The notes beneath the pieces were generated by a model that worked only from the letters and a program-made list of their open reading frames with translations, ran no database searches and was not told the origin of the DNA. Of a stretch of DNA of 64,000 nt, positions 24,889 through 36,689 are shown in pieces (the first letter of the stretch is position 1; every line of letters starts with the position of its first letter). The stretch is from Psammoneis japonica (Eukaryota). The translations under genes were made by a program, and so were the position numbers. The stretch lies in assembly GCA_008632985.1 (NCBI GenBank), contig QPGO01000056.1, forward strand, positions 338,406 to 402,405, written 5' to 3'.

Positions 24889-25661
24889 CTACTGGGCCTC
24901 ACCCAACACTTCGTTCAGCTTGGTAAGGACATCTCTCATTTCGTTGTCCTCTGTCATGGCTCGTTCTAGGTCTTCCGGACCGCCTGCCATCATTAGTTTC
25001 ATTGCCTCTTGCATTTTCGTGCTCTGAAGCAATGTCATTACCTCTGGGTTTGACATTAGCTTCTTCATCATGTCTGGAGACATGCCACCGGGCAATGTTC
25101 CATCATTTGCCACCATGTTCTCTAAAACCTCGTCGTCGACTTTAAGCTTCTCTCCTTTTACATTTTCCTCGAGCTGCGGTTAAGAGAGCGGGAGAAGACC
25201 ACGAGGAACAGGCAAAAAACTCGTTCTTTAACGCACATTCTCAAAACGGAGGAAAACAGTCTTCATTCAACGAACATTCGTATCGAAGCATTGGCAAGCA
25301 ACCTTACCTTTTTCTTGTTGAATGTGTCCAGTATCACAGGATCCGCCCTGCCAGATGCCCTCGCCTCTTCAAGTTTCAGCACCAATGATTCCTTGTCAAA
25401 ACAATCCGAGTAGCCAATCCCTCGCATCTCGAGCTCTGATTTAATTTCTGAAACTCGCATTTTACCTGCCTCCACTTCTTCTTCTTCGTCCTTGTCCATA
25501 TCATCCAGCGAAGAGCTTCTCACAACAGGGGATTGTGAGCTCTTTACAAGGCCTCCGCGGTTTGAGAAAAACGTGCTGCCCATTGGATTTACAAGAAATG
25601 CACAATTGCCGCAAGCAACAGAAGTGGTTAAGATAATGCAGTGGAGAGCAATGTGACGCAT
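24889..25661 (-). CDS. Predicted plastid-targeted protein with SAP/LEM-like helical domain and C-terminal STI1 domain, two exons (intron 25174-25307)
   Basis: Signal peptide followed by CAF-L (ASAFAP-like). MRVSEIKSELEMRGI..DCFDKESLV and STI1-like MMKKLMSNPEVM motifs. The GT..AG intron joins the frames. Confidence 0.8.
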
Positions 25662-25798
25662 GCTTTTGATCAAGCAGATAGTGTCGTTGCGTCACAAGAA
25701 ATAGAAGGTGTTACGTTTGTCAGTTACAGCAGTTCCAAGTTCAAGCACTCGAAATTTGTTTGATGTGAGTACGGTATTTAGTTGTCATCGGTTGTCAT

Positions 25799-28786
25799 CA
25801 TGCTAGCAGCCACGCAAATCGTTTACTGACGCTCAAGTAAACAATTAATAGCACCCCACATAGTTCGAATTTTTACGTGCAGCCTTCGAGGTTGTTTTTG
25901 ACGCGAGAGCTCGCACTCAACAATAACACGGCCAAGTGCGGTGTGTCGCTTGTGTGCGACATCAGCTATGACAAAAGAGGAAAGTGGATACAAGTAACGA
26001 GATGCTAAATTAGGTCACACTGCATCAGTCCCTTTTGGGGACAATAAAATTTTCCCACCCATGAGTCTCCGACAGGTTGTTTTGGGGGCTGAGAAGAAGC
26101 TTGCCGCTGTGCTCTAAAGCGTACATCAGGAATGTGAATTGCTTGTCTCGCAATGGCTTTTTGTTCCGTTTGCACCATGAATCAAGGTAGTCCAATACTG
26201 GCTTGCTCCAGACAAATGTTGTTGACTGCTGGGTCCTTGGAAGGAGGGCATTTAGGTCATCATCGCTCATGTCTTTTCGATTGAAACCAAGCACGCAGTA
26301 TTGGCGCAAGTGTGTTTCCCACCGACCGTTCATACATGCCTCGCTGACTCTCTCGGCTTTCACAGATGGATAAGTGGAGTATATTCCTTTCTGCAATGAC
26401 AGCTTAGAGGCGTTCAATGTGTGAGAGCCATGCCTTCCTCCCAATGTGGCCTTGTCGGTCAAGCCATCAGATTTTCCCATTCGACGGTAGCACATGTTGA
26501 TGATGTCATAGTACGTATAAATGCCTTCCAGCTGTGCAACATTCCGTTGAACTTCTAAAAAAGCTTTTTCTGGAGACTGAAGGAGGCAGCTGTTGGGTCC
26601 TTGGAAGCTCAAATCCTTTTTCACATGCCCCAAGGCCGCATGAAGCAGACTGAAGAGGTGGAGGTTTTGCTTGAAGAATAGCATACACATCTTTCCCGCT
26701 TCCGAATGCATCTCTGACTTTGACATCTCTGTCTGCTCGAATGTTGCATGGCGGGCTCTCATGATAGAGCAAAGCTTGTCTGCAAGGGAAGTGGACGCAT
26801 CGTCTACGATTCCGAGGTTCCGTTGACCCTGGATGAGCGGTCGGATTCTGCTGCACCATTGAGCTGGGTCAGAAAGGGACGAGGGGGTGTCGTTCGGCTC
26901 CAAATTTGCTTGCCCAACTGCTGTTGTGATGATGTCAAAGGTAGCTGCTGTGTTGGCTACAATGGCATTTGGAGGAGTCACCCGAGACTTGAGCAATATT
27001 GCGCTTGAGCGCAAACTGTAAGCAAGAGATATCAACGAAGCATGCGGATTTTCATCGACGCAAGCTTTGACACGGCCAATGTGACTGGCGAAGCTTTTAG
27101 CCTTTTCTAAAAGAGCACCGATTTCGACCTTTTTATGGCGTCCAACATGACCAAACTCTCTGTGCATTGAAATGCAGAAACAAGTGTAAGGTACACCGGC
27201 CACAATGTTGGCAGCACTAACACATGTACAATAGTCTTACCTGATAATCTTCCCCTTCTTGTATGCTCTCAATATAGAATAAACCCCTTGTTTCGTCTTG
27301 CAAAATAATTTTCCTGTTGCAATTAGAGCGTCTATGCGACAAGCGAGTTCCATGCCTTGGTATTGTGAAAGATATTGCGCCATTTCCAGCTTGCCATATC
27401 CCAAAGCCTTGTTTGCTGGCGGTGGAGCTGTCACAACGCAATAATAGTTGCAGAGATCCTTGCACGTAAGTGCGCCTTTATGGTCTTTAGGTTTGACTTG
27501 GGCTTCACAGAGGCGCTTTGACAACAATAGGGCCTCCAACGTATCCTCGAGCTTTCGGCCGTGAAGACCATCCAACACAGATACCAACTCGTTCTGGCTA
27601 TAGAATTTGCCACGAGGGGCGGGTAGAGATATGCCTTTCAAGGGAGTGATGGTAACAGGCATGGTAACTGACAATGATCGTGACGAGATGCGTCTCGTTT
27701 TGGATGCCGTGCTTTTCGAAGAATCATCGGCACGCTTCCGTTTCGGCCTGGTTTCCGGACTATTCTCATCTTGCTCGTCGACATATTTCTGTAGTCGAGT
27801 AACTGAGCGCTTCTTGGACAACTTGGAAGATACTACTCTTGATGCTCGTCTCTCCAAGGCCCTATCTTCATAAGTCAGAGATGCGTGGGCTGCGCTTACT
27901 TGGGGAAAAACAGAGATCTTGTCTATGCTCCTCAACAACTCTGAATGCAACTTCTTTCCAAAAGAAGCTGCAGCATTAACCCGCTCCATGTTCTCAGTAC
28001 TCTCCCCAACAACTTGACCCAACACTTCAGCCATTGTAGGAATAATGGCAACTGCATCTAACAATCTTCTGGTTTCGACACCAACCGGATACTTCTGTGT
28101 CCGTTTCGTCGTCTTCTTCGCTTTCTGTAGAGTGTGCGGCGTCACCACTTCAGAAGTCGCTGCTACCTCCATAGCCTCATCCGCCATCTCTTTTCTTTTC
28201 CTACCAAAGATGCGTGATTGTAAAATATGAGCAGTTCGGCTGAGCCTTTATGATCGAACGACCGTTGACAGCGATATTCTTGACTCGGTTCAAATTTGAA
28301 TTATGCATGTATTTCTCTCCGTTGCCATATATGCTGCCACCATTTGAATTCGAAGTGTCAACATTGTTATCCTGTCATCATTATATTTGAATCACGTAAT
28401 ATCTGAATCTGTGACGATTACACGTCCAGTGGACAAAACCGTAATCGCTTCTGATGCTGATGCTACAAGTAACTGTCGTTACAGCAATAGCAGCCGACAG
28501 CCGACAGACTGAAGAGGCTTCATAACTCATCAGAAATTTTCCTCCTCCACAAACAACAATCAGCATATCACACAGTGACAGCATTAAGGAAGTGAATGTG
28601 CCAAGGCAAGCCGTGACAACAAGCCATTATGAGGCGCGAATGGTCGAAAGGAACATGGTGATGCGGCGGCTTATTGGTTGTTTTTCAACCGACCGAGCGA
28701 TCGAAAAACCAGCGGATGCTAGCGTCTGTCATGCGTTCACGCTAAACAATTTCTGTCAGTAAACGATTTGCGTGGCTGCTAGCATG
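25799..28786 (-). mobile_element. TIR-bounded element of about 3 kb, unassigned superfamily
   Basis: Perfect 32-bp inverted repeat CATGCTAGCAGCCACGCAAATCGTTTACTGAC at 25799-25830 and 28755-28786. The outer CATG may be a 4-bp TSD. Confidence 0.8.
26025..28187 (-). CDS. 693-aa hypothetical protein inside the TIR element, two exons (intron 27160-27240), possible GIY-YIG-like C-terminal domain
   Basis: The GTAAGA..CAG intron fuses ORFs 27237..28187 and 26025..27203 in frame (KIIR-EFGH). Motif GIYTYYD..YRRMGKS..RH..H..YALE..N. Confidence 0.75.
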
Positions 28787-28899
28787 TTGTACGGTAGGAA
28801 CCTGCTGTATGGGGATGGGGCGGGCCATGCTGGAGATGCTGGAGATAACGTACGGCGGGGTGACTGACCTCTGCTGGAGAAGCGACGTGAAAAAAGCAT

Positions 28900-31800
28900 G
28901 CAGGGTTTGAGATCACTTGCCGTTGTGGACGAAGTGTTTGGACACGACACACGACACGCCATGGCTCGACTGCCATGTTGGATGGCTTCTGAAGCTGTGG
29001 GCCAGCCATGTCTTCACAATCTTCTTGTTCCCAAAATGCGAGCCTTTGCTCTTGCCCCAAGCCAAGCCCCGGTCTCTTTTGTCGTTGCCCTGCCTCCGGC
29101 ACAGCTCCGGTGCCAACTTTGAGACCTTTGTTCTTCCAACTTTGTTGTGACCAGGCTCATGATTCATGCATCCATTGGGTGTTGGGATTTCACAGCTTGC
29201 CAACAGGTGCATGCTTGGTCTTGCTGATCCCCAACAAACTCGCGCCACATGGATGGACCCAGCTGCAGAGGAGACGCTTGCTTCAAGCTTGGCATGCGTG
29301 GCAGGTTCAACAAAAAAGGAGAAGCTTGGGTGGACATGCTGCGCACTTTCTGCCTTTGACCCAAAGACAAGCCATCTGAGCACAGGTTGATCAGCGTTTC
29401 TTGCTGCAGCACATTCCGCGCCAGCTTTGCGGTGCAAAGTGGACCCGCAGCACAAGTCACACACAGCTGCTGTGTGAGCACCATTTCCTGTTGATGCTTC
29501 TCAAGAACAGAGCAACACTCAGAGTCAATTGGTTTCTCACCAAGCTGCTGCTCCCAAATGCAGCAAAAAACCCTGCAGAGAAAAGCTGTCTTTCAAAAGG
29601 GCAAGCATGATGGGGAATGTGCACAGCCAAAGTTGCGATTCCAAGAGACAAGAAAGTTCTTGATGAAAAGCTTCTGTTGCAAGGATGGATCTGTGGGGTG
29701 AGGGCAGATGTCTGCAGGCTCTGACACTTGCTCACCATGTCATTTTAACTTGTGTCGAAATTCCCCCAAATGGCGCTCATGTGCTCTTCAAACCTTTGTC
29801 AGGGCTGCTGGACAGCTGCAAGAGCTGCACACTTGATGCTGCAAATGCCACTTGTCAGCCTGCACCCAGTTGTCAAGAGGACAAAACTGCTGACTTTCGC
29901 TGAAATCAGCCTTCTTGTGAGAGACAAGCTGCGACTTTCTGGGAAATGCTGACAGCAGGTGTTTGACCAGCTGTGGCCCCATTTGCAGTCACTTGGCCAA
30001 ACACCACACATGGTCACAACCACAGTTTGTGCACTGTGTTGTGTTTCACAAGCTGACAAAGTTTGGCCCATCACTGGAGTTTCATTTTTGGCAAATGCAT
30101 GCATTTGGTGCTGTGCACCCAGGCTTTTCCCAAAACAGTTGTGGGTCTGCAAACATGCACCCTGACCCTGCAGATCCATCCTTGAGGTTTGCATTTTAAT
30201 TGTGTGTGGTGTGTGTGGTGCATCAATGCTTGTGTGTGCTCATCTTCAGCCATGAGTGCCTTGGAATGCTTTGCGGGGGTCTTTTTAAAGATGTCTGAGT
30301 CACATCATTGCCAGCAGACCAAACACACTTGACAACGTTGCTCTCTCTTTCAACTGAAGCAAAAAATGCTGCCTTGCTTCTTCAGTGTGTCACATGCACC
30401 CAACCAACTGACCCCAGCTTTGCACCAAATCTTTTGCCCCCATGTGTTCTGCCAAGCTTCAATGGCAGCTTCACATTTTTGCTGTTTGTGCTGTTTGCTT
30501 GAGTGCTTTCCTTGTGCTCAAAAACGGCATGTCCCAGACAAACACATCAAGTCCCTGGAAATTGTTTTGCTTTGAATGCCAATGTGGGTGCTCCTTTCAA
30601 AAATGCAAATGAACAACAACCACTTCATGACATGTCATGTTTTTGTCTTTGGCACCTTTCTGTGCCACTTCTCTGGTGGCCCTTTAAAACTCAAGTTCAA
30701 ACTCTGGTCACTGTCCTGTTTGTCACGAGCTTTCAACAACAATTCATGATTTGCAGCTGTCTTGCAGCAACACACAACTCACTTGGAAGCTGCCACAAGT
30801 GTGGCCATTGCTGGACTCGTGAATTGTGACACTTCACAACACAGCATTCAAAACTTCTTGTCAGGTCCATTGCATCATGTGTCACAATTTCTGATGCAAG
30901 AGACAGGTGCTTGTTCAGCTCTTTCTTCCACAGCATGTCAATCTCATTGCCTTTCTTAAATGCTGAGCAGGCTTTGGCTGGAGTGTGCAGCTTGCATCCA
31001 CCAGCATCCTGCTCAAACTCATCACAATTCTGAAAGCTCTGTGTCACAGCCAGTTGTTGAGACTTGCATGCCTTTCCTCATTGTTGCAGTCAACTTTGTC
31101 CTTCACATGTTCTTCAAGTTCTCCTGGATTGTTGCAACCAAACTGTTTGTCAACTTTGTTCCTCAACTTCATGACTTTGCTCTTTTTGGCTGCAAGGCAA
31201 TTGTCTGCCCCCACATGAGCCCTGCTGTGGCATTGTGGCATGCCCATCAGAAGTGCAAACATGGATCTGCTTTGCTTCTCCCCTTGTGAGCTGTCCACAA
31301 GCTTGAGCACCCATGCCATCTCTCTCCAATGCTGAACAGCTCCTTGTTTTTCTCCACACAAGGTCCCCAACAATGAAAGCAACTGCACCTCTCTCTGATG
31401 CTGAACGCATGGCTTCTTGTTTTTTCTCACACATTGTCTCTAAAAATGAGAGCAATTGTCTCTCTCCAATGCCACGTGGTTCTTTGTTGTCTTTTTTCTC
31501 CCCAAACAAGGTCATTTTGTTCCTCAACTTCATGACTTCACTGTTCTCTGTTTGGCTGCAAGGCAATTGTCTGCCCCCACATGAGCCTCATTGCAGCATT
31601 GTGGTCTGCCCATCAGAAGCACACACATGAGTCTGCTTTGATCCTCTCTTTGTGTGCTCTCCGCAAACTTGAGTGTCTCTCTCTCTCTCTCTCTCTAGCA
31701 CTGAACTTGTTCTTCTCCATGCAAGGTCCCCAACAATGAGTGCAATCATCTCTTTCCAGTGCTGAACACACAGCTCTTCACTTTCTTCTCACACAAGGTC

Positions 31801-32800
31801 TCCAACAATGATGGCAATCATCTCTCCATGATGTTGATGGCTCCTTGTTTTGTGCCACAAAAGGCCCCCATCAGCAACAGCCAATGTGCTCCAAGGGCAA
31901 AATTTCTCAACCCATCACAGCACTTTTGCACACGGCTGCTCTCCGTTCTGAAAGGTTCTGCTCAGAATTGCTCCTGCACTGTTTGTGCCAAGCACAGCCT
32001 GCAATCTTCGAAAGACAGCGAGCACCAATGCAGCTTGTGATGTGATCTCTCATTCACCACTGCATGGCAGCCTTGTTGTTTTGTGGCAATGTTTGCTGTT
32101 GACTTGCTCGTGTCTTTGAGCATTCTTGGCCCTTGCAAAAAAACTCCACTTGGCTTTTTTCTTTGCTGCCCAAGCCAACAACACAATTTTTGATGTCTTT
32201 TGGCATTTTCTTTTTGTGGAGCTAGCTTGATCACAGCACAGCTGTCCATCTTGCAATTCTTTTCATGCACTGCACCCTTTCAGCATGTGGTTTGTCAGGG
32301 TTGCTGCCATCACCTTGTCACACTTCATCACTTTTGGCTCCTTTCTTGTTTGCTCAAATCTGCTGCCAATTGTCAGCCCCTCCAGTCTTTGCTTTGCATG
32401 GAATCTCTGGTGTGAGAAGTGAAAATTTCAGCTCTTGCATTGTCCATGGCTCCTGAGCTGCTGTGCTGGCTGAGTGGAGCCCGCACTCACTCTGAGGACT
32501 GCCACTTACACACACACACATGGGTTCACAACTGACTTCTCTGATTTTGGAAACTCCATCTGAGTGCTCAAACTTAAAAATTCATCTGGGTCATCTCCTG
32601 CCATGCTTGGCTCTCGTTTGAGTCCTTTTTTGTTGGCCAACTCACCCTTGCACCACTGAGGTGCCTTGCTTAATTTTCTTGGGTTCTGCCAACAATCTTT
32701 GTCAAGAAAGTCACCAGTGTGATGGTCTCTGTCTTACTCAGTCTTTTGCACCAAGCAGGAAGAAGGGTGGGTTGTTTCAGTTTCAACTCTGTCATTGTGC
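28900..32800. other. TpA/CpG-depleted block of decayed, internally repeated sequence
   Basis: Near absence of TA. Direct repeat about 31153-31300 vs 31515-31670, recurring aaggtc(c/t)ccaacaatga, and (TC)n at 31676-31696. Confidence 0.8.
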
Positions 32801-33841
32801 TACAACTGCGGCGCCCGGCAAATCGACATGGCGTAATGCTGTTGACAGTTCTGCCTTCTACAAGGATTGTCTTGCCTTGAGAACCATTCCGAATCATGGA
32901 CTCAACAGCATGGCAAAACACAAGAAGCTGGCATTCTTCTGGAACTTCAACGCGATGTCACGGAAGAGACGTTGGGTGCAATGCAACTTCTGAGTCTAAG
33001 GCATTTGCATCCATCTCAATTACACGACTTTTCTGGCGACATCGTGCATGGTGTCGTGAACAGCACTCTTGCTTCTTATCATCAATTCCCTCTACGAACC
33101 GAACCGGGTGTCGTCTATCAGCAGGTAAGTCGAGACCTTGTCTGTGCCGCGAACCTGGCAGACCTCAGTGAGTTGGTTGTGGCAGCCGTTGACAGGTACA
33201 GTGGGCTGAACAACATTGCAAGTACGCCGTAAAGAGCCTTCCAAACGCATTATAAGGAGGAGCCCCGCCTTGCTCGGACCGTACGCCGAATACACGGCGT
33301 GAACTAAAGAAAAGTCGGTTGCCCCAAACGCCGCCTTGTCGAGCACTCGGCGCAGCAAATCACCGCCTCGAACCAGGACAATGTGTTCTTGTTGATTCCC
33401 ACCAAATGCGGTCTCGGGAGTCTTTGCCTTTCACTCTAAGGAAATGCCGGGAAGCTCTTCTTCTTTCCCGTCCACAACTCTCTTGGCTTCCAAATGGCAG
33501 GAGGCACGAGTGTAATGTCCATGTCGGACCGAATCATTTCGATCCCGGAAAGACCCGTCAAGGTGGCAAACAAGAGCTGCATGTACTCCCACTTTTCCAA
33601 AAAGGTCTCTTTGCAAGTGAGCTTGACACCACTGTCAACGTGGTCTTGAATCAATCCTTGCAGCGGCGATCAGTGTTTTGTTTTTTATTTGAAGCACTGG
33701 CAATCTAACTGATGAAGCTTGGCTTGGCTTGCGGCTGAGTGTTGCAGGAGGGGATGCTCTGCGTCTTTTGCAATGCTGTTCACACGATGATCAAATGTCA
33801 TCTAAAACACGACGAGGATTATTATAAAACAAAAAACTAAA

Positions 33842-36567
33842 CTACTTCGACATCTTCTTTCTTGGCATCCGTTGAAATCGTGATGGTTCGGAGCCAACAT
33901 CTGAGCGGGGTCGCTTTCGCTCAAGGGTGGGTGTCCCCTTCACAGCTTTCCATTCCTTCAATGCCTCCTCGAGGATGTCTTCGCAAGCCTCTGAAATCTC
34001 TTGGACAGGGCATGGCTGGAGTGCAAAACCCAACTTTGCTTGGTGGCACGCTTTCGACTGGAAACGAGACATGTCCAAAGCACCGTTGAACTCTTCTGCG
34101 ATGGCGGCCATTGTTTTGTACGCTCCTGCTTCTTCAGCTAGTGGACAGCGCTCAGCAACAGATTTTGTGGAATCAATTTCATCTTTGGCAATCCACCATT
34201 CTTCAATCAATCCGACATTAGCGGGAACGCGAAATGGTGATTCGTCACTTTCTCCCCAGCGAACAAAAATTAAGTCCTTGCAGAACACAAAATAGTTCAT
34301 TCCACGGAAGAAGGTGTTGTACAGGTTTTGTGGGCCATTTTTGCCGTCCAACGCATAAACGAGCTTTCTCATGAAGTTCTCCATGAGTCGAATCGTGAAA
34401 TGCGTCTCTTCTACGTCGCCGGTTCCAAGCCGTGACCGAAATGCCTCTTGAAGTGTTCGACCCATTCGATACATTTCCTTCGCGTCACACTTCTTGTTAA
34501 GATGCCCGTAGGCATTCTTCCACAGCTTCTTGTTGGCAATAGAGTGTTGGCAGATCTCGTTGTAGTCAAGCATCCACAAAGGCAGAAATCCAAGACCTGC
34601 CATCATCCCAATGGACTCCTTCATAGCTAGTCCTGGGGGAAGCAGGTCCTTCGATTCTTTAAGAAGCGAATTAAACTTGGTGATAATTGTGTAACCAGTC
34701 TTTGCTGGTTTTTTCGGCTGTTCCCGCCACACCTTGAAACAAAATGCAAGTTTCCCCTTGCATCGTTCTTCCCAGTCCTTCATCTGCGGCAGTTGCATCG
34801 GATGCTCGTCTCCGTCCTTCGGGAATGTAGCGGGCGCTTCAATTTCTAAATTGTCATGAATTATTTTCATCATTATACAGAGCAAAAAGCCAGCTGAGAA
34901 ATGATCCTTGAGAGCGTCCGTCACTTCGACATTTTTTGAGGCTAGAAGAATTGTCGCCGCAGCCCCAAAGCAGTACGATTGGCGGGGAAACATCTCACAG
35001 GAAGTTTGAACTGAGACTGCCTGTAAAGACACGAGAACGGAAGAAATGCCATCATTGCGTGAGGACAATTTCTGCTCAAGACAATCTGACAACTGCTGAT
35101 TCTTACCTGTGGTAGTGACAAGTTAAACTTTATAACCAAGAGCAAGGTGAAATTCCAAAATGCTTGAAAGTGAGACGTTGGTTCCATGTTGCATTCAGCT
35201 GTCAATGCGCCCAATCCCTCAAATCCATCAAAAGGTTCAGACTTTTGCTCTACCATGGACGGGACCAAGCGTTTCTTCCAACTGTCCAAGACTTCGTACG
35301 TTTCCACTGCCTTCGTCACAATGGGGGTCATGGCTCCCAAACGCAGAAGAGAGTTGTCCACAGAAGCACGCGTATAGCCAATCAAACCGCATCGCTTCTG
35401 CCCCCCATCAGTAACGCGAGAAACAGACAACACTTCTGTAAGACCCTTTCTTGATGAATTCTTGTCGTCACTGTGGCAGGCGCATAGCTTCCGGAAAAAG
35501 TTGCGGAGGAGCCGGATGGCCTCGGTTTTACAGTTTTTCTTGCTCAGCTGCTGCGCAAATTCTTGGTGTCGTTCTGGGAATTCTTTGTCTGTCCAGATTT
35601 CCTGACACCATTTGGCGGCAACGAGATACACGATTTCTGTCATAAGTGCAAAAAATGGCTCTGCGGCTTCTGTGCCTTCCCTTGTGTTGGGTCGAGACAC
35701 ACCATCCGGACGATTTTTTCTCGTTGTATTTTGATTGGCAGCATAACCAAAGTCCGCAAAGTCGTCGTTTGCTTGCCGCACAGTCTTAGTTGTAGCATCC
35801 GTGTCTACGTCCTCCTCGACACTGGCCTTGTTGTAGTCATTGATCAAAAAATCCGCCTCGTCCCAGTCAATTGAATGGATAGGATGATCTGGTGCAAAAG
35901 AATTTTGAATCCAAAGGAAATAATTAGAATGATTACTTTGAATGTCATAAAGAGAGAACGTAACGCCAGATTTGTCGTTCTTAAGAGCTTGGGCCAGATC
36001 CTTCAGAGTGACTTGATAGTGCGGCAAGTCTGCTCGTCTTGCCACATACACTTGCAACGTGGCTTGGCATATTACGTGCATGCGCTCCACATGCTCCGCC
36101 CTTCGTTTTGGGGACAGTTCCCCCATGTTGTCAAGGACTTTGCCGCCGTTCTCCTTGCGGTAGGAGTTCTTAGTCTCTTCGAAAATGAAAACGACATTGT
36201 ACATTGATTCCTTGAGGAGATCTGGAGAATTCAATATGTCGTTGGCAAGATCCTTCTTTGACTCGCTGCATTTATAGTCGCCCGTCATCGTGCTTGTTCT
36301 GTCATCACCCACCCCTGTGAATGCAGGTGTTTTACGCAAATCCTTCTCGTGTTTCAGCTTTTTATGCGAGGCGGCAAGATTGGCTCTTAGCGCCGCCACT
36401 TCGGTAGCACGCTGTCCCGCGGTATGAACATTCATACGCTCTGCTCGGTTGGAGCTTCTTGCGTTGCCACCATGGATACGCTGATGCTGACGAGAAATAC
36501 GTTGGCTGTTGCCCCGGTCAGTAGATGACACAGGGCTTCTGCGAGAAGAACTGGGATAGTCAGGCAT
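33842..36567 (-). CDS. 879-aa hypothetical protein, two exons (intron 35021-35106)
   Basis: The GTAAGA..TTTACAG intron joins ORFs 34942..36567 and 33842..35092 in phase 0 (LPQ-AVS). No internal stops, Tyr retained. Confidence 0.8.
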
Positions 36568-36689
36568 AGAGACGGTGCCGTAGGGCTAGTTGCTTTCACC
36601 TTCGTTGCCGTCCAAGTAACCACGCTGTTGCTGTTGTGATTGTGCTTCAAAGCGAGTAAATCTAGCTGCCGGATAGGCTCAGCCACTCA

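Noticed and set aside
32800..33800. Possible minus-strand coding relic downstream of the 879-aa gene
   Set aside because: Multiple stops and frame changes, and no motif to support a call.
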